Below, piece after piece: positions 13,601 to 27,371 of a stretch of 64,000 bases of DNA. How positions within the stretch are numbered: position 1 is the first letter of the stretch; each line of letters begins with the position of its first letter. Under the pieces are notes generated by a model. It was not told the DNA's origin, did not search any database, and saw only the letters and a list, made by a program, of their open reading frames with translations. The translations under genes were made by a program, and so were the position numbers. Source of the DNA: Lytechinus pictus. Its lineage: Eukaryota. The DNA lies in assembly GCF_037042905.1 (NCBI RefSeq), contig NC_087249.1, forward strand, positions 7,256,001 to 7,320,000, written 5' to 3'.

Positions 13601-16419
13601 GGGGGTTATCATTAATAAAATGATAAAATTTTACTGATTGCTGTCTACGATTTTTTTTACAGAGAACAGTCTTCATAAACTGATTTAAAACACCGCGAAC
13701 TCAATATTTGGACATAAATAATGCAGCAAAAAAGTCTACAGGAACAACTATATAGTTCATAGACCTACATGTATATAAAAGAAAGTTACCCTGAATGTTC
13801 TGCAATTCAAATTTTATTCAAATTCAAATTCACTTATTTCAAATTTCTCTCTCTAAAAAAAGATACAGTGCATCAGGATCAAAACAATAAAATGACTCCA
13901 TAATGAGTGAATTATGAAAATTGCAAAATTTTGACAAAATAAAAAAAAACATACATGTAAGGTAATGAATGGGATGTGAGGGAGCAGCTAAAAGCCAATA
14001 GGCCTATCTAGGCTACTCCCTGATTAACATTCATTCCTGAAAATCTTGCAATCAACTTTTTTAGATTGCAAGAAACAAAGAACATAAAACATAACTAGTA
14101 ATAATTTGAATAAATAACAACAAACATAATGCACTCGACCACTAGTGTACTTGGGACATGGTTGCACATATCCTAAAGGGGGCAAGAATATGTTGAAGTT
14201 GAAATTTCAGCAAGGGAGCAAAGTGACCGAGCTGGTTTCAAGGTTTTTTTTTTCTTACTTGAAATAGAAGGATCTGTTAAACCCTTAAGGTTGAATTGTG
14301 TGAAAATTTGCAATAAAAACGTAAGTTCTGAAAATTTTGACGGGGAGCCCCCTGCCCCCTCCCCTCTCTCGCTGCATGCAGCCTTGCATTTGGCGACTAA
14401 AACATACTCCTTTCATAAGACCCTGTCCGATCGATGCGAGGTGATGTGTACCACACATTTAAGCAAGTGATAATGATCATCTTTTCGAAATCCTCTGATT
14501 TTTGTTGAATCGAAACTGCCTTGAGTCTAGGAACCTGTGACTCAAGCAAGCTTCTGTGACACATAGCAGACAGGACCTTCTACTACCTTCACGTATATGA
14601 TGTTTTAATTCAAAACAGTCTGCACATTAATGTTAATATTGCACCGATTCTTAAGGTTATGTTTACAATGCACAGCATGAAAATAGGGGGGGGGGGTGAG
14701 TGATGAATAAATATAAGAGCTGAAAAAAGCTGAAGAATGATAAAAAGAAAAGCTGAAATTGAAAGGGTTCTCATACATTTGCACAGGGGACAGCTAAAAT
14801 AAGCTGAAATTAAGCTCAAATTTAGCTGAAAATCAAGACATAACATGCTGAAATCAGGTTTAAAAACCTAACTATCACACCCTGCCGAGTTCCCTTTTGG
14901 TGGAGATTTTAAAAATGCTAATGCCTTAAATACATTCAACCTCTTTTTGGGGCAGTGCTTTTGTTTTTTTATTGATAATTGCTGACAAACTTCAACCCAC
15001 CTTTTAAGAAAGACTGGATATATTACTAGTAAAAAAAAATTACATGAATTTCAACTGACATTATGTAAAAAATATTGGGTAAAATTCTGACCAGCATGAG
15101 GGTAATTATGTATCCAACCAATTTGGGGCAGTATTTTACCCAATGCAGTAAGGAAATTGTCCAATATGGTTAAAAAATAAGCAGCAATTACTTTAGAATG
15201 GGCAAAATTTTCATCACACTGGATATACAAAAATGCCCAATGTTGTTTGGACACATAATTACACTCATGGAGCAAATTTACTCAATATTTTTAGAGTGCA
15301 AGAGAATTTTGAAAAGTATAAATGTATGAATTATTAAGGTCAAAGAATGTATTTGAACACTGTTCTATGTACATTTTTCATTGCGTTTAATTATGATAAT
15401 TCACTTGTTATGGGGGGAGTTACAGGAAGAAATTAATTTACATATTTTCACAGAGTAATATCCTGAAACTCTGTGGCTGATTATTAACCTGATATACCTT
15501 TACAAATTGCCAAGGAAGTTTTTGTGAAAAAGGTACAAGTATGCTAAATATTTCATTATTTATTAAATCACTGGCATGATTCTATAATTCATCATTTCAT
15601 TCATCTTGTTACAAAAGTGTATCAGAAATGGTAAAAAAAAGGAAAAGCAAATTATCATGCAAATGTACATATATTCACATTTCATCATAGCCAAAATAAA
15701 AATCATTAAATTACTTGCAACAAGGAGCCTACATGTGACCATTCTATGATGAAGCTTGACTAAACAATGTATAGGGAACATAAATTATCATATCAGCTCT
15801 TTCCATACCCTCAAGGTATTCACCCTTAGCGCCAAAAAGGGAAGTGCCTTTCTCCCGAAAAGGAAGGCTCCCGACACGACGCAGCATGGCTCACTCGCAG
15901 GACCCATGGGGATACAGAAATACCTTTTTAAGAGACCGAAAAACCTTCCTCTTGTTCCGAAAATGAAACGTGGAAGTCAGAATGGAAGTACGGGTGAGGA
16001 ATAGACCCATGCGTGTGAGAAGGTCACAGGGGGGGAGTTACAAAGTGGTTGCTTCCTACCTGGTGTATCCATCAGAACACTGATTTCACCTGTACTATTG
16101 TGAAGAAGAAAAATTGTTACAACTTAAAAAAAAGTCATTACTTATTGATAATACTAATCTGGTTATCGTTAATGCCTTTAAGATACACATGTATCTCAAC
16201 GCTCACAGATTTATTATTACCCTGATCATCAGATTCAATCCATCATAGGTTAGCCTCTTTCAATATCAAACATTCTCTATTTTTATTTTCAGTGAGGTGT
16301 GGAGAGAGAAATAGCATATGTTCATAGTAAATTAATTTTCACCATGTTCTGCATTTCATTACATCAATTCATTCATTTGTTTGCATCTTTGTTCATTCTT
16401 ACATTCATTCAGTATGGTA

Positions 16420-16690
16420 GTTATTTTTATAATTATTTCCATTATTATTTTTATATGTTATTATTATTGTTGTTATTATTATGATTATCATTTGTTTATT
16501 ATTATTATTTCCATTATTATTATATTATTACTATTATTTTATCATTATTGTTATTATTATTATCATTAATACTATTATCATTATTAGCATCATTATCATT
16601 ATTGTTATTGTTATAATTATTATTACTATTATTACTATCATTTTCATTATTTTCATTATCATTTTTATTATTCATTATTATCATTTTTTT
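16420..16690. repeat. (TAT/CAT)n degenerate microsatellite; similar tracts at 24170-24360, 38820-38940, 50150-50480 and 63060-63160
   Basis: Read directly from the sequence. Confidence 0.92.
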
Positions 16691-17179
16691 TTTTTTGGGG
16701 GGGGGGAAAGAAGACATGAGAAATGCTGACCAGTGTCCATGCAAGGCCTGCCAGCTTCGACCTTACAAGGCAGTGGTGAAAAGTGATACCCTTCCCAAAT
16801 CGGACATCAGAGGAAGGGGAAATCCCTTTCCTTAGAACCCCAGCCAGGGTGAAACTTTCCAGTTGAACATTCAGGTAGAGATACAGTAATTAGATTAACA
16901 AAAGTTGTTTACCTTTTTAATGATCTGTATGAACTAAGCTGTCGAAGTAATGTTAAATTGGGAATTTATGAGAGATGGAAGCAGGGAAATTGGTTGCCTC
17001 CATTCCGGTCCCCCACAAATTTTTTTCAACCTTGAGATAGCCTATCCCTCCCCCCAAATTATGATCTTAATCAGGTACAACTCCTGTTACTAAACTAGTT
17101 TCAAATTTTTTGCTGTAATCGCACACCAATTAATATAAGAAAATGCACAGTGGAGAGCATACCCGGATCATGGTCCGTC

Positions 17180-17766
17180 TTAAAGGTCAAGTCCACCTCA
17201 GAAAAATGTTGATTTGAATCAATAGAGAAAAATCAGAGAAGCATAATGCTGAAAATTTCATCAAAAATCGAATGAAAAATATTCGCTTATTTTTCACAAA
17301 AATAATTATATGCATAATTTAGTCACATGCAAATGAGAGAATCAATGATGTCCCTCACTCACTGTTTCTTTTGTTTTCTATTGTTTGAATTATGCAATAT
17401 TTCAATTGTTACAGATTTGACAATAAGGACCAACTTGACTGAACCATAAAATGTTAAACAATAGTAGTTCCACATGTTCAGGGCAAAATAAAACTTTGTT
17501 TCACAGGACAATGAGGAGAAAATTAGATTATTTCATATAATAAAATACAAAAGGAATAGTGAGTGACTGAGTGATGTCATCACTTCCCTCATTTGCATAC
17601 CGACCGGGATATGCATTTAACCATTTTGTGAAATTGAGCAAAAATTAAAAATGTTATAACTTTCATATTTTACATCCGATTTTGATGAAATTTTCAGTGT
17701 TGTGCTTGTATGATTTTTCTCTTTTTATTCATTTCAACTTTTTGTTGGGATGGACTTGTCCTTTAA
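17180..17766. mobile_element. TTAA-flanked (Kolobok-like) MITE inserted in the TIR of a Harbinger-like MITE (about 17172-18024); sister copy at 38993-39570
   Basis: ttaaaggtcaagtccacc ... gtggacttgacctttaa type termini in both copies. Host ends read ggtccgtctt|aaagagttag and ctctttggaagacggggccc. Confidence 0.85.
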
Positions 17767-18030
17767 AAAGAGTTAGGATTGATCCAAACAACCTCAACTA
17801 TATGGAAATCCATCATTGTCATAATTTTTCCTCTTGGAAATTCACACAATGTTCTTTTATAAACATGAGGAGCATACAGAATTATCTAGAAAATGATGAA
17901 TTCATGAATATACATCATATCTAGAAAATATTTTGAACAAACATGCATTTCATATGTTGATGTTGCTGGCTTTCCATAGTTATGGTTGATTGGATCAATT
18001 GTAACTCTTTGGAAGACGGGGCCCATATTG

Positions 18031-18380
18031 ATCTTATTGATTGTTTAGTTGAGTATGTACCATCTCGCAATCTTAGATAAGCTTCGAAGGATCTTTTAAA
18101 TTGTCCTAGTCCTCACACCAAGTTTTATGGAGAACAACCCTTTGCCAATGCTGCCCCTTCACTTTGGAATACCACCCCATCATATGTAAAGAACTCTCCT
18201 ACACCCAGGTTTAAATCCTCTTTGAAAACATACTTATTTAAAAAGAATTTTTAAATGAGTTAGTGCCACGATTGCCAGCAAATTTCTCTCTTTTCTTCAC
18301 TTTTTCTGTCTTCTTCAAAAAGCGCATAGGGACGCATTTGGCAGTGATATGCGCTATATTACCATATATTTATTATTATG
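18031..18380 (+). mobile_element. L2-clade LINE 3' fragment
   Basis: Degenerate YVPSRNLR..LL.CP..TKFYGEQPFANAAPSLWN...FKSSLKTYLFK; 3' agcgcat...atgcgct stem-loop and (TTA)n tail. Confidence 0.8.
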
Positions 18381-18881
18381 AGTAAGGCATTCATTGGCAA
18401 TAAATCAACCACCCTAAGCTCAATAAAGGAAATCAACTTCGACTCAATATGTTTAGACAATCTCTCTTATCATATCAAGATACTCCTTCCCTAATGAAAT
18501 ACAAATGTTAAACAATAGTCATTTTAAGAGAAGATACGGGTGATAAAAGCTGTCAAATAGAGGCATCTTGGTTGGGCATTGCCCCTCTTTCTCTTTTAAC
18601 GATGAATGAACTAGATCACAGATTATGTTTGAACTCAAAAGGGATTTTAATGGTGGAGGATCTGATTAAATATTGAGCGCCAGATGGCGGTTGGGAAATT
18701 CTTCTTCCTTTGTTCGGATGTGTTTCATCTTTATTGACTTCTTCGTGAATTTACAGAAAAGTGGGAAAAGGAAATCTGACACATAAGGCAAACAAAAGCT
18801 TTAAAGCAGAAACACTGTTTCAGTTTGACAGAACATCAAAACAGTGTACACACTCATTCACCATAAAAGTGTTCCAAGAAG

Positions 18882-19012
18882 AATAGTGTTATAACAAGTG
18901 TCTCCGGAAGATGACAAGAACACACTTGTCGAAACGTCGAGTTTGGGTGGTCCTTTTCAGGACCAACACTTGCCCAAGAAAGATACATGGTGTACCGTGA
19001 AACCTACTACAC
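18882..19012 (+). mobile_element. Penelope-like retroelement fragment with a degenerate minimal hammerhead ribozyme
   Basis: 12-bp TSD tgttccaagaag (18870-18881 and 19013-19024); ctc-cggaaga-t-gacaag-aacaca-cttgtc-gaaac-gtc-gag. Confidence 0.72.
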
Positions 19013-22000
19013 TGTTCCAAGAAGCCTAAGTTGATAAATAAATATTTTTTTTATTATTGCTTTAACTCTACTTTTGAAGGTATTCATAGGATTGAGAAGA
19101 GAGTATAAGAGTTATAATGTGGAGAAATGTGATGCTGAATCATACAATATCGTTATTTCTGAAGAATTTTTTTTTTTTCAAAGTCATGCATTTTCATTCC
19201 ATTAGTCTGCGAAGTAAGAGATAGAATTCATCATAATTCTTCCTTGCTTTTAAACTCAAACTGGTAAAATATATATTTAAAAAAAATCTCAAAGCCTGCA
19301 TTGTTGCATATAGAAACTGGTTAATCCATTCCAAAGCCTATGAGAATCACATAATGAACGGCCATAGAGTGAATATCTAATTGTTCCCTCAACAATCCTT
19401 GAATCCTTTGTGGAATAACTCTTAATCTAACCTTGACATGCCCTTTTCCTTTCTTAATTCAATCTAAGTTGCTCTTCAGGCTATCAAATGATGTTTTTTT
19501 TATCTTTAAGATAATATCAACGAGATCAACAGAAAAAAAAATATTCTTTGCATTTCTAAAGATAAGGAAAAGCAGTTACAATTAAGTCCAGATCATTTCA
19601 TGGTGCTTATTTATAAGCTTGAATTTGAACAAAATCAAAATCATATTTTCTTTAAAGTTTTGTAGTCCCCAAATATTTAATTGGCAGATGGAATATTGGA
19701 TAACAGTGAACACAGAATAATGTTCATGGGACCACAAAAAAGTGTCTGGAACATTAAATCTGAACATTTTGGGCAATTCTTTTTACATTTCCAATGGTAT
19801 TTGAACCACCAAACTTGCCATAGGCATTTTAAATAAAAGAATATGAAAAATCCATGAATAATGCACCTTTCCCTGATCAACGAACATGACCCAGCCTGGT
19901 TTTATTTTTATTTCTTTATCAAATCAAATCAACAGAGTTACCAACGTGATCAAGAACATTTCAGTATTTTAAAAGCTGAAAATCTGTATTTTTGGTGAGG
20001 AAATCAGTATTTTCAAAGAAATAACATTGGAAAACACATAAATCTTAAACTTTAGAAATAAGTATTTTGCATAAAAGCAACAGTATTCTTCTCATTTTTA
20101 GTACTAAATACTGAAAAATTAGTACTACTTGGCAGCTCTGTATTAAATCAAATCAAATCAAATCTGATTACAAGATCAGACATCCAGCTTGAGGATTCAA
20201 AGCCTTAAGCCAGTATAATACTATAGTATAGTATCGGACATTGAAACAAGTACAATCGCCATGGCGATGAGGAAGCTACTGGGATGACCATAGTCAATTT
20301 ATAACCAGCAGGCAATTCAAACACTCGGAGATGGTCAGTGGAAATTAATTTTGACACCATAAGGAAATTTGGTGCAAGAGCGGGGATAACTCCATAAGTC
20401 AAAACAGTTCATCTTGTTAATTGGGACACAAAAAAAAACTTGTGGAGAAATTTATTTTAGGTGATTATTTTATTCTTCTGGCTGTGCATAAGTTTTTCAG
20501 CAATTTAGGCCTAATTCACAAAGGTGGTTTTGAAAACCATTGGTTCCATCAATGGTTTATGCAGATTTCATGTGTAAATTATGCTTGATTTACCGCGCAT
20601 ATTGTAAAATGTCCATTGCTGATGCGCGCTGTTACCATATTTCGCCAAATTTACACCTTTTGTCATGGTTAAGTATGTTGTTTACTTCATGAGTCCACTG
20701 TTTTGAAAAGTGGACTCATGAATAAAATAGCTTACTTATACATACATGGTATTGGAAATAGCGAGATAATCAGGGTAATATTCAAAATTGGCGAGAAGGT
20801 AACCCAAAAAGTGGGATAGTTGGGAGGTCTGAAAATATAGTTCTATGAAGATTTAATAAAAATTCTTCAAAGGATAACAGAGCTATGATTTTTTTTTTGA
20901 TTTTGTTACATCACAGATGTGCAGCACCTTCATGTACCCGTAACGTGATACTAATTCCCCAAAATGTAATTTTCTCAAAATCTTAATAAAAATTTGTTCG
21001 GTGGATATGCCTATCAAACACATCTTTTCATACCTCCTTCCAGGGGAGAAAATGCTTTTATTCTTCAGGTTTAAATAAAAACAAATAGAATTTATAAAAT
21101 TCATGTCACACGATCAACGGAGGAGCTGGCGTCACAAATAAAACCCTTTACAAATTCATGATTGTCAAATAATCTTTGATGGAATTTCATCAAACCTTCA
21201 CCAATGTATTTCTCTAATTTTTATTAAAACACATTGTCAGAGGGTCAGCTTCCCCTTTAATCATCCACCAATTACAAATCTTGTCAGTGAGGACACCTCC
21301 CTTGAAAACTCCCAAATCTCAGGCATCCTGGTGAGGGGCAAATTGGATGGGCTGGATCGGAAACCCTCTCGTCAGCTCACCCCTCTAGCGACTACCAACA
21401 AAAGCAAGATGTGCCGCACAGAGGACACCCTTTGAGGCGTGTTTACTTTCCCCAAGTGCTTCAGAGGTGACAAGGCGGTGTCCTTATCATAATACCAACA
21501 TGTACGTGCAGCCATCCGGCAGTTCATACTATTCAAGAGTTGTAAAAAGTGTTTAACTCAAGTAATTGCAGAAAGAAAGGATTTTGAGAGATAAATTTTA
21601 TAATAGAGATGAAGTGCTAGGTCTAGACATGAACTAATAGAACTGCCAGTGGCTGAATCAAAGGAAATAGAAATTTGCCTATTTGAAAAATCTAATGAGC
21701 AAATATAAGCCCTATAAATACAGTAATGAGAGAGATGCAGGGTAAAACACATTGAAAATCATATTACTTGAATTTTTCTTGTGTATCATAAATAGAGAAG
21801 AAATATTTTGATTTGGTTTTAAGGGCAAAGCACAGTGCTAGCTCTATTTCTATGTAAATATACAGTGTATATCTCAGATCAAATTAGAAAGTATCATTGC
21901 AATTTTACAATTTACATGTACATTCTTGAAAATGCTATTCATACTACTGAACGCTACAAAATTACATTTTACAGTGAGAAAAAGTTACGAACATTTCTGT

Positions 22001-22362
22001 TATTTGATGATCTGGATATAAAATTATTATTCTTTTTGGTAACACATCCATGATTTAGTTTATTGCCATAATTATTTTTGGATGCATAAAACAGAAATGA
22101 AATACATATTTAATTTTTTCTTCTAACTTATACCCTCTCCCTTTCCTTCCATTGCTTCATTTCCTCGTCCTCCCCATCCTCTTCCCCCTTCATTTTATTC
22201 ATCTTCATCTTCTCCCCCTCCATCTTTGTCTTGCTTCAAACCCTCCAATTTATCCCCTTTGTGGTCTTCTACATCGTCATCCTTTGCAATGATATAGTCA
22301 CACTTAACCTTCCTTCTATTTCTTCTTTATATCTTCTCAATATACTGTCGTGTTTTCTCAAC

Positions 22363-22751
22363 TTAAGGTAAAAGACAGTAGTTGCATTTCATGAGAAAAG
22401 TCTTTTAAATCAAGGTTAATTACCACAATATTATCATACATCTAGATCTGGTACATTAATGTAAACTTATCTTTGTAATATCATGAAATCTTAGCTCTAA
22501 ATCGATAATTCTGATGATCACTAACACAGAAAAGCATATGTGGAACGTGTATTAATATTGCTTCGAAAAATACCAGACATTTGATGGAATTCCGTGCTTA
22601 TTTTGCTCATTTCTCAGCAATTACGCATTTCCTTCCAGAGCTATTTGGCACATATTTTTCATATATACATACAAACACTTTGGTGGTAATTTCATTGGAT
22701 TCTGTTTGAACTCATTTTGAGATTATTACCAAAACTGGTATTTATCTTCAA
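22363..22751. mobile_element. TTAA-type MITE family, three copies (22363-22751, about 27399-27787, about 28630-29016); the last is nested in a Harbinger-like MITE at 28464-29050
   Basis: Shared ggtaaaagacagtagttgca...tctagatctggtacatt...ttaccacaactggtattta sequence. Confidence 0.85.
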
Positions 22752-25389
22752 TATTACTTTCCTCTTTCTCCATCTCTCAAGAATCCAGCAATGTGTATAC
22801 ATTCTCTTCAGGCTAAAACAAACACGCTTCTGGGCAGGTCATGCTGGTCAACTTGCCTTTCAATTATTTCTAGCCTCGCTCAAGGCTTTCTCATTTTCAC
22901 AAAAAAATCCATTAATGTCTGACATTAAGGACTAGAAACAAAATACAAACCTCCTTGCAATATTAAGCTTTAATATATTCTCAAAAAAGACTCTTCCGTC
23001 TCCATTTCCGCTATTCTTTATTTAAACTATACCTCCAACTGACTTAACCCCAAACTGTAACGTAAATCATTAGTAGGTCGAGATTCAGTACTAAATAGAA
23101 AGTCTTCTTCAAGACTATTTTTGAATTGGATACCTCTGTTATCCCCACTGGCAAGTAACATTGGGGTGCTAATGACTTGAGGACAATGCCGTGACCTGCA
23201 AATAATAGATTTATAATGGGTTGATAATAGGCTAGAGAGGTACCGGTATTTGGGGGGCAAGGGAATGTCCCCATTAGCAAATAACTTTACACTCTATTCC
23301 TTTTCATCCATTCAAAGAATACTGCCCTCCTTCAAACAGCGAGAGTTCTACAACTACGAAGAATGCTTCGCGAAATGCATTTCTGAACAATACAAACCAT
23401 TTAGTTGTCACTTTGGAAGTATGTTGGAGGCAATGTTGACATTTTCTTTTGTTCCACAATGCAAACAAAGTCTGAAATCACTAAAAGCTCAGACAATACT
23501 ATGTTCTGTGTGAATGTGGTACACTTTAACCTATTTCTGGCAAGGTTTTAACACATTTTGCAATTTGCTCTACTAATATGCAGAGCCACACAATTCTAAC
23601 AAATACATGAGAAAAACATTTTCATTTTATTGAAAAATCTGCAGATACATGCATGTGCCTAGTTTTCATTGCATTTTCAAATTTGATTCAGTGTGACCCC
23701 GACAAAAAATAAGTTTCAAGAAAATAATCGCTAAATAATTAAAGTTGCAGCATAATTGAAATATCAAACTGCTTCTCATGCAAATTGTTATTTTTCAGTA
23801 TTTTAAAGATTCTTCATAAATATTTTATTTTAGTTAAATGATTTCGTTATAAGAATGCATCAAAGAATGATATTGCCAATTTAAGGACCAAGAACTGATC
23901 AAATAGGCTTAAAAATTTCTTGCAACAAATGGGTTAAACCTATAGACCCATTCAGATGTTCTAGGGAGGGTTCCTAACTCAAGAAGCAGCTTTACTCTAT
24001 CTACAATATGAACATGTACAGCAAAACAATTTTCCTAGAACAGGAAGATTTGCTGATCAAGCATTGAAGAATCACCACTTATCCTAAAATAAACATGTAT
24101 CATAGAGTATCTTTTCATGAAACGAACAAGTGTTTACAAAAAATCTAGTTGACTTATTAAATCATCATGATGTTATTTTAATTATTACTATTTATTTATA
24201 TATTCATTTACTATATTAATTAATTAATTATTCATTTATTTATCCATTCATTAATTCATTTAACTATTCATTTATTTATTTATTTATCCATTCATTTATT
24301 CATTCATTCATTTAATTATTCATTTATTTATCTATTCTTTATTATTTTTATTACTTTTTTGTGGGGGGGGGGGGGTGAGTGGTAAATAATCTAGGGTACA
24401 TTCTTTTCATATTACTGTAACAATAATAAGTAACATTGACCAAGTCTTCTACTATCACTGATTGCACATATAGAGATGAAGTAAATATATACATGATGGG
24501 AGAAAAAATCTAAATAAAATTCATACTTTCATATTTTCACTGAAGTAAATAAAAATAATTGTTCTGGTTGGCAGGTGTTCTGTACGCACATGAATAAATC
24601 TCACATTTTTCATTATCATTATTACACGACCAATTTTTGCTTTTGATGTAATATTCTGTTTATGGTAACTCCTGCAGGAACTCGGCAGGACAGCATTTTT
24701 TGCTGGTAAATGCCAAGCTGGTATATAACCAATTACAAAGGAAACATTTTACATCTAGGTTAATCAGTCATAATGGCTGACGTTATAGACGACAGATATC
24801 ACTCTCGGGCCTTTTTATCAAAGTGGCGACAATGGCAGAGTTGGGATTCGAACTCACAACCTTGCGATTATGAGTCCGATGCTCTAACCACAGGACTACA
24901 CGATCAACAAACAAGTCAAAGAACTTGGGACAGATAGAACTTGTTTTGTTTGTTTGGTTTTGTTTGTCAAAAACAACAATATCTTTTGCCCATTCATGTG
25001 AATTCCACTTTTTACACCCTCACAAAGATATATAGAAAAGACAAAATTACTGTTTTTCACACACACAAAAGACAAAATTACTGTTTTTCACACACACACA
25101 AGTTCTCAACATAATGGCATAAACTGAAAGATTTCATTTTGATCAAGAGAGGGCGGCATTGAATAATGTATACTTTGGAGATAGTTATTGTGCAAGTTCT
25201 GAAGTTGAGAGCCTTGTGTGTCAGTCAACTTGCTTGAAATCACATCTCCTCTCACCCCCCCCCCCCTCTAATACATCTTTCTCTCTATCTCTCCCTCATT
25301 CTCACTCTCCTTTTCTCTCTTATTTATTGCTATCAAATAGTAATCATATCTTTAAAAACACTTACAGTGTAGGTGTTGGTTTAGTTCCA

Positions 25390-25418
25390 TCAGAAGACAA
25401 GTTTCTTTGCAGTTGAAC
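25390..25418 (-). CDS. CDK7: CDK7 exon 10 (GSTAKKLVF*)
   Basis: Strong pyrimidine tract and cag acceptor, phase 1 matches exon 9, KKLxF terminus as in vertebrate CDK7. Total CDS is 1050 nt. Candidate AATAAA (minus strand) at 25323-25328. Confidence 0.9.
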
Positions 25419-26004
25419 CTGATAAAAAAATGTAAAAAGGCATTGTTCAGAATTTTTTTCAAAGTAAACTGGTTTTCAAAAGAAACTGATCAAACTTTGC
25501 AAGTGCACAAACACAGGCTAGCGTCAATAATCTTTGCTAAGCACATGTCAATAATTAAGAGATTGGTTCAATCACAGAGAGGCTATAGCCCCTCACATCA
25601 ATTGGTTTCAGAATCCAAATTCACAAAATGGCAAAAGAAAGACCAATAGAAATGAGATGGGATTGAACAACTTCCAAGTTTATTACACATCTCCTTGATC
25701 AAGTGACCTAAAACTTGTACAGAATTATCAGTGATACTTGATTACCCTACATGTATGTACAATGTTTTTTAAAAATTAAGTTTTCAATGTTGATACAACC
25801 TAAAGTACATTGACATTAATTAATGAGTTCATTGTTCAAAACAGTGGACTCATGAATGAAATAGCATACTAAACCATGACAACAGGCATCATTTTGTGCA
25901 CTGTGACAATAGCGCGCATCAGCATTGGACATTTTTTTTTAATATACGCAGTTTTCAAAACCACCTTTGTGAATTCTGGCTAATTTGTTGCAATCTGGGT
26001 GAGG

Positions 26005-26353
26005 AACCAGTTTCATAAAGCTGTTCGTAAGATACGAATGACTTTACGCACGACTGGTGACCATTTCTTGCGCTAAATGATACATCCCTATGTCATTCAT
26101 TTAGGACATAAGAACATGTTCCAGTCGTTCAAAATGTTGTGCATAACTTTACGAGCAGCTTTATGAAACACCCACCTGGTGGGTGTTTCATAAATCTGCT
26201 CATAAGTTAAGAACGACTTTAAGAACGACTGGTAAACCTTTTTTACGCGCCAAATAATCACCAATGAACATTTAATGGTGAATATCATTTACCACAAGAA
26301 ATGATCTCTTAATGTCGCTCTTAACTTACGAACAGCTTTATGAAACGGCCCCC
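26005..26353. mobile_element. Two tandem short Harbinger-like MITEs
   Basis: The pattern gtttcataaa.ctg.tc.taag ... tacga.cagctttatgaaac occurs twice. Confidence 0.75.
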
Positions 26354-26363
26354 AGGAAGTGTT

Positions 26364-26754
26364 GGTTTATTTCCAATTCGTATAATGCAAATTTGTCCAA
26401 TTGCCAACTCGTCTACTATCATTTGGTCTACCATTAGTTCATCCACTCACCACATGGTTTACTTTCATTTAGTCTAATGCCATTCCAAATGCCATTTAGT
26501 CCATATACCATTTGGTATAATTAAACTAAAGTGTTAATTGTGCAAAATGAATGAAAAGAAAATGGGTATTAGACCAACTGGTTATTAGACAAAATGGTAA
26601 TAGACTAATTAGACAAAGTGATAATTGGACCAAATGGTTATTGGACCAAATGGTTGTTAGATGAAATGTTGATGGACAAAATGGCATTAGACTAAATTAA
26701 GGTAGACCATGTGGTGAATGGACGAGTTGGCAGTGGACGAATTGGCAATTTACC
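26364..26754. mobile_element. GG-terminal MITE with 8-bp TSD (Merlin-like); sister copies at 30389-30764 and 34411-34807
   Basis: ggtaaattg / ggtttatttcc termini and internal ttagac/gtctaa arrays. TSDs are gaagtgtt, ttttcttg and ctcaaatg. Confidence 0.88.
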
Positions 26755-27223
26755 GAAGTGTTTGAGCAGTTCAAGGGAGTGTCTCAAGAAGCAACTTAAA
26801 TTTACAAAAACAATTCATTCTAAGCCAATCAAATGTAAGGATTTCAGAAGCTTATGACTGCTTATGACTGTCCGAGAAAATCCCTGACTTTTTGTTTCAT
26901 GAAATGCTTCACCCAAGACTCAAAGTAATGCTCATTAATGTAGATCTATGTGACAACGATATAGGATTTATATTGCTCAAGGAGCTGCTATGGCCCATCT
27001 AGTCTACTTATTCAGGTGCTATCAGCTTTTTGAGGAATTACTTCCTCCTGGTATCCATTTACCTCACCTGGGGTTGAGTGCAGCACAATGTTGGTAAAAC
27101 ACGCCATGGCTGGAAATCGGACGTACGTCCCTCAGATTGAAAGACGAGAGTCTTACCACTATACCACGACACCCCCCCTACAATGGCATAATGGCACAAT
27201 GGCTTCCAATGAGTTGTACTGAC

Positions 27224-27371
27224 CTGTCCCTATATCATCCACCATCTTTCTTTTGCTACCAAGCTTGGTTTGTGGCTTGCTGTTGTCCACTGGGGCTAAC
27301 ATTCCTGGCCTTGGTAGAAGGTGACCTTGTGTCGGGGCTGGCTTGTTAAAGAAGTAGGGCATCTTCAGAGC
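27224..27371 (-). CDS. CDK7: CDK7 exon 9 (ALKMPYFFNKPAPTQGHLLPRPGMLAPVDNSKPQTKLGSKRKMVDDIGT)
   Basis: AG/GT boundaries, 148 nt; C-terminal extension with YF..PAPT..LPRP and KRK. Confidence 0.93.

Noticed and set aside
15790..16035. GC-rich patch resembling a DIRS-type retroelement end
   Set aside because: No partner repeat or coding remnant in the window to support a call.
23060..23125. Alternative CDK7 last exon (LKKTF...)
   Set aside because: It has no pyrimidine tract; 25390-25418 gives the correct phase and the conserved KKLVF terminus.
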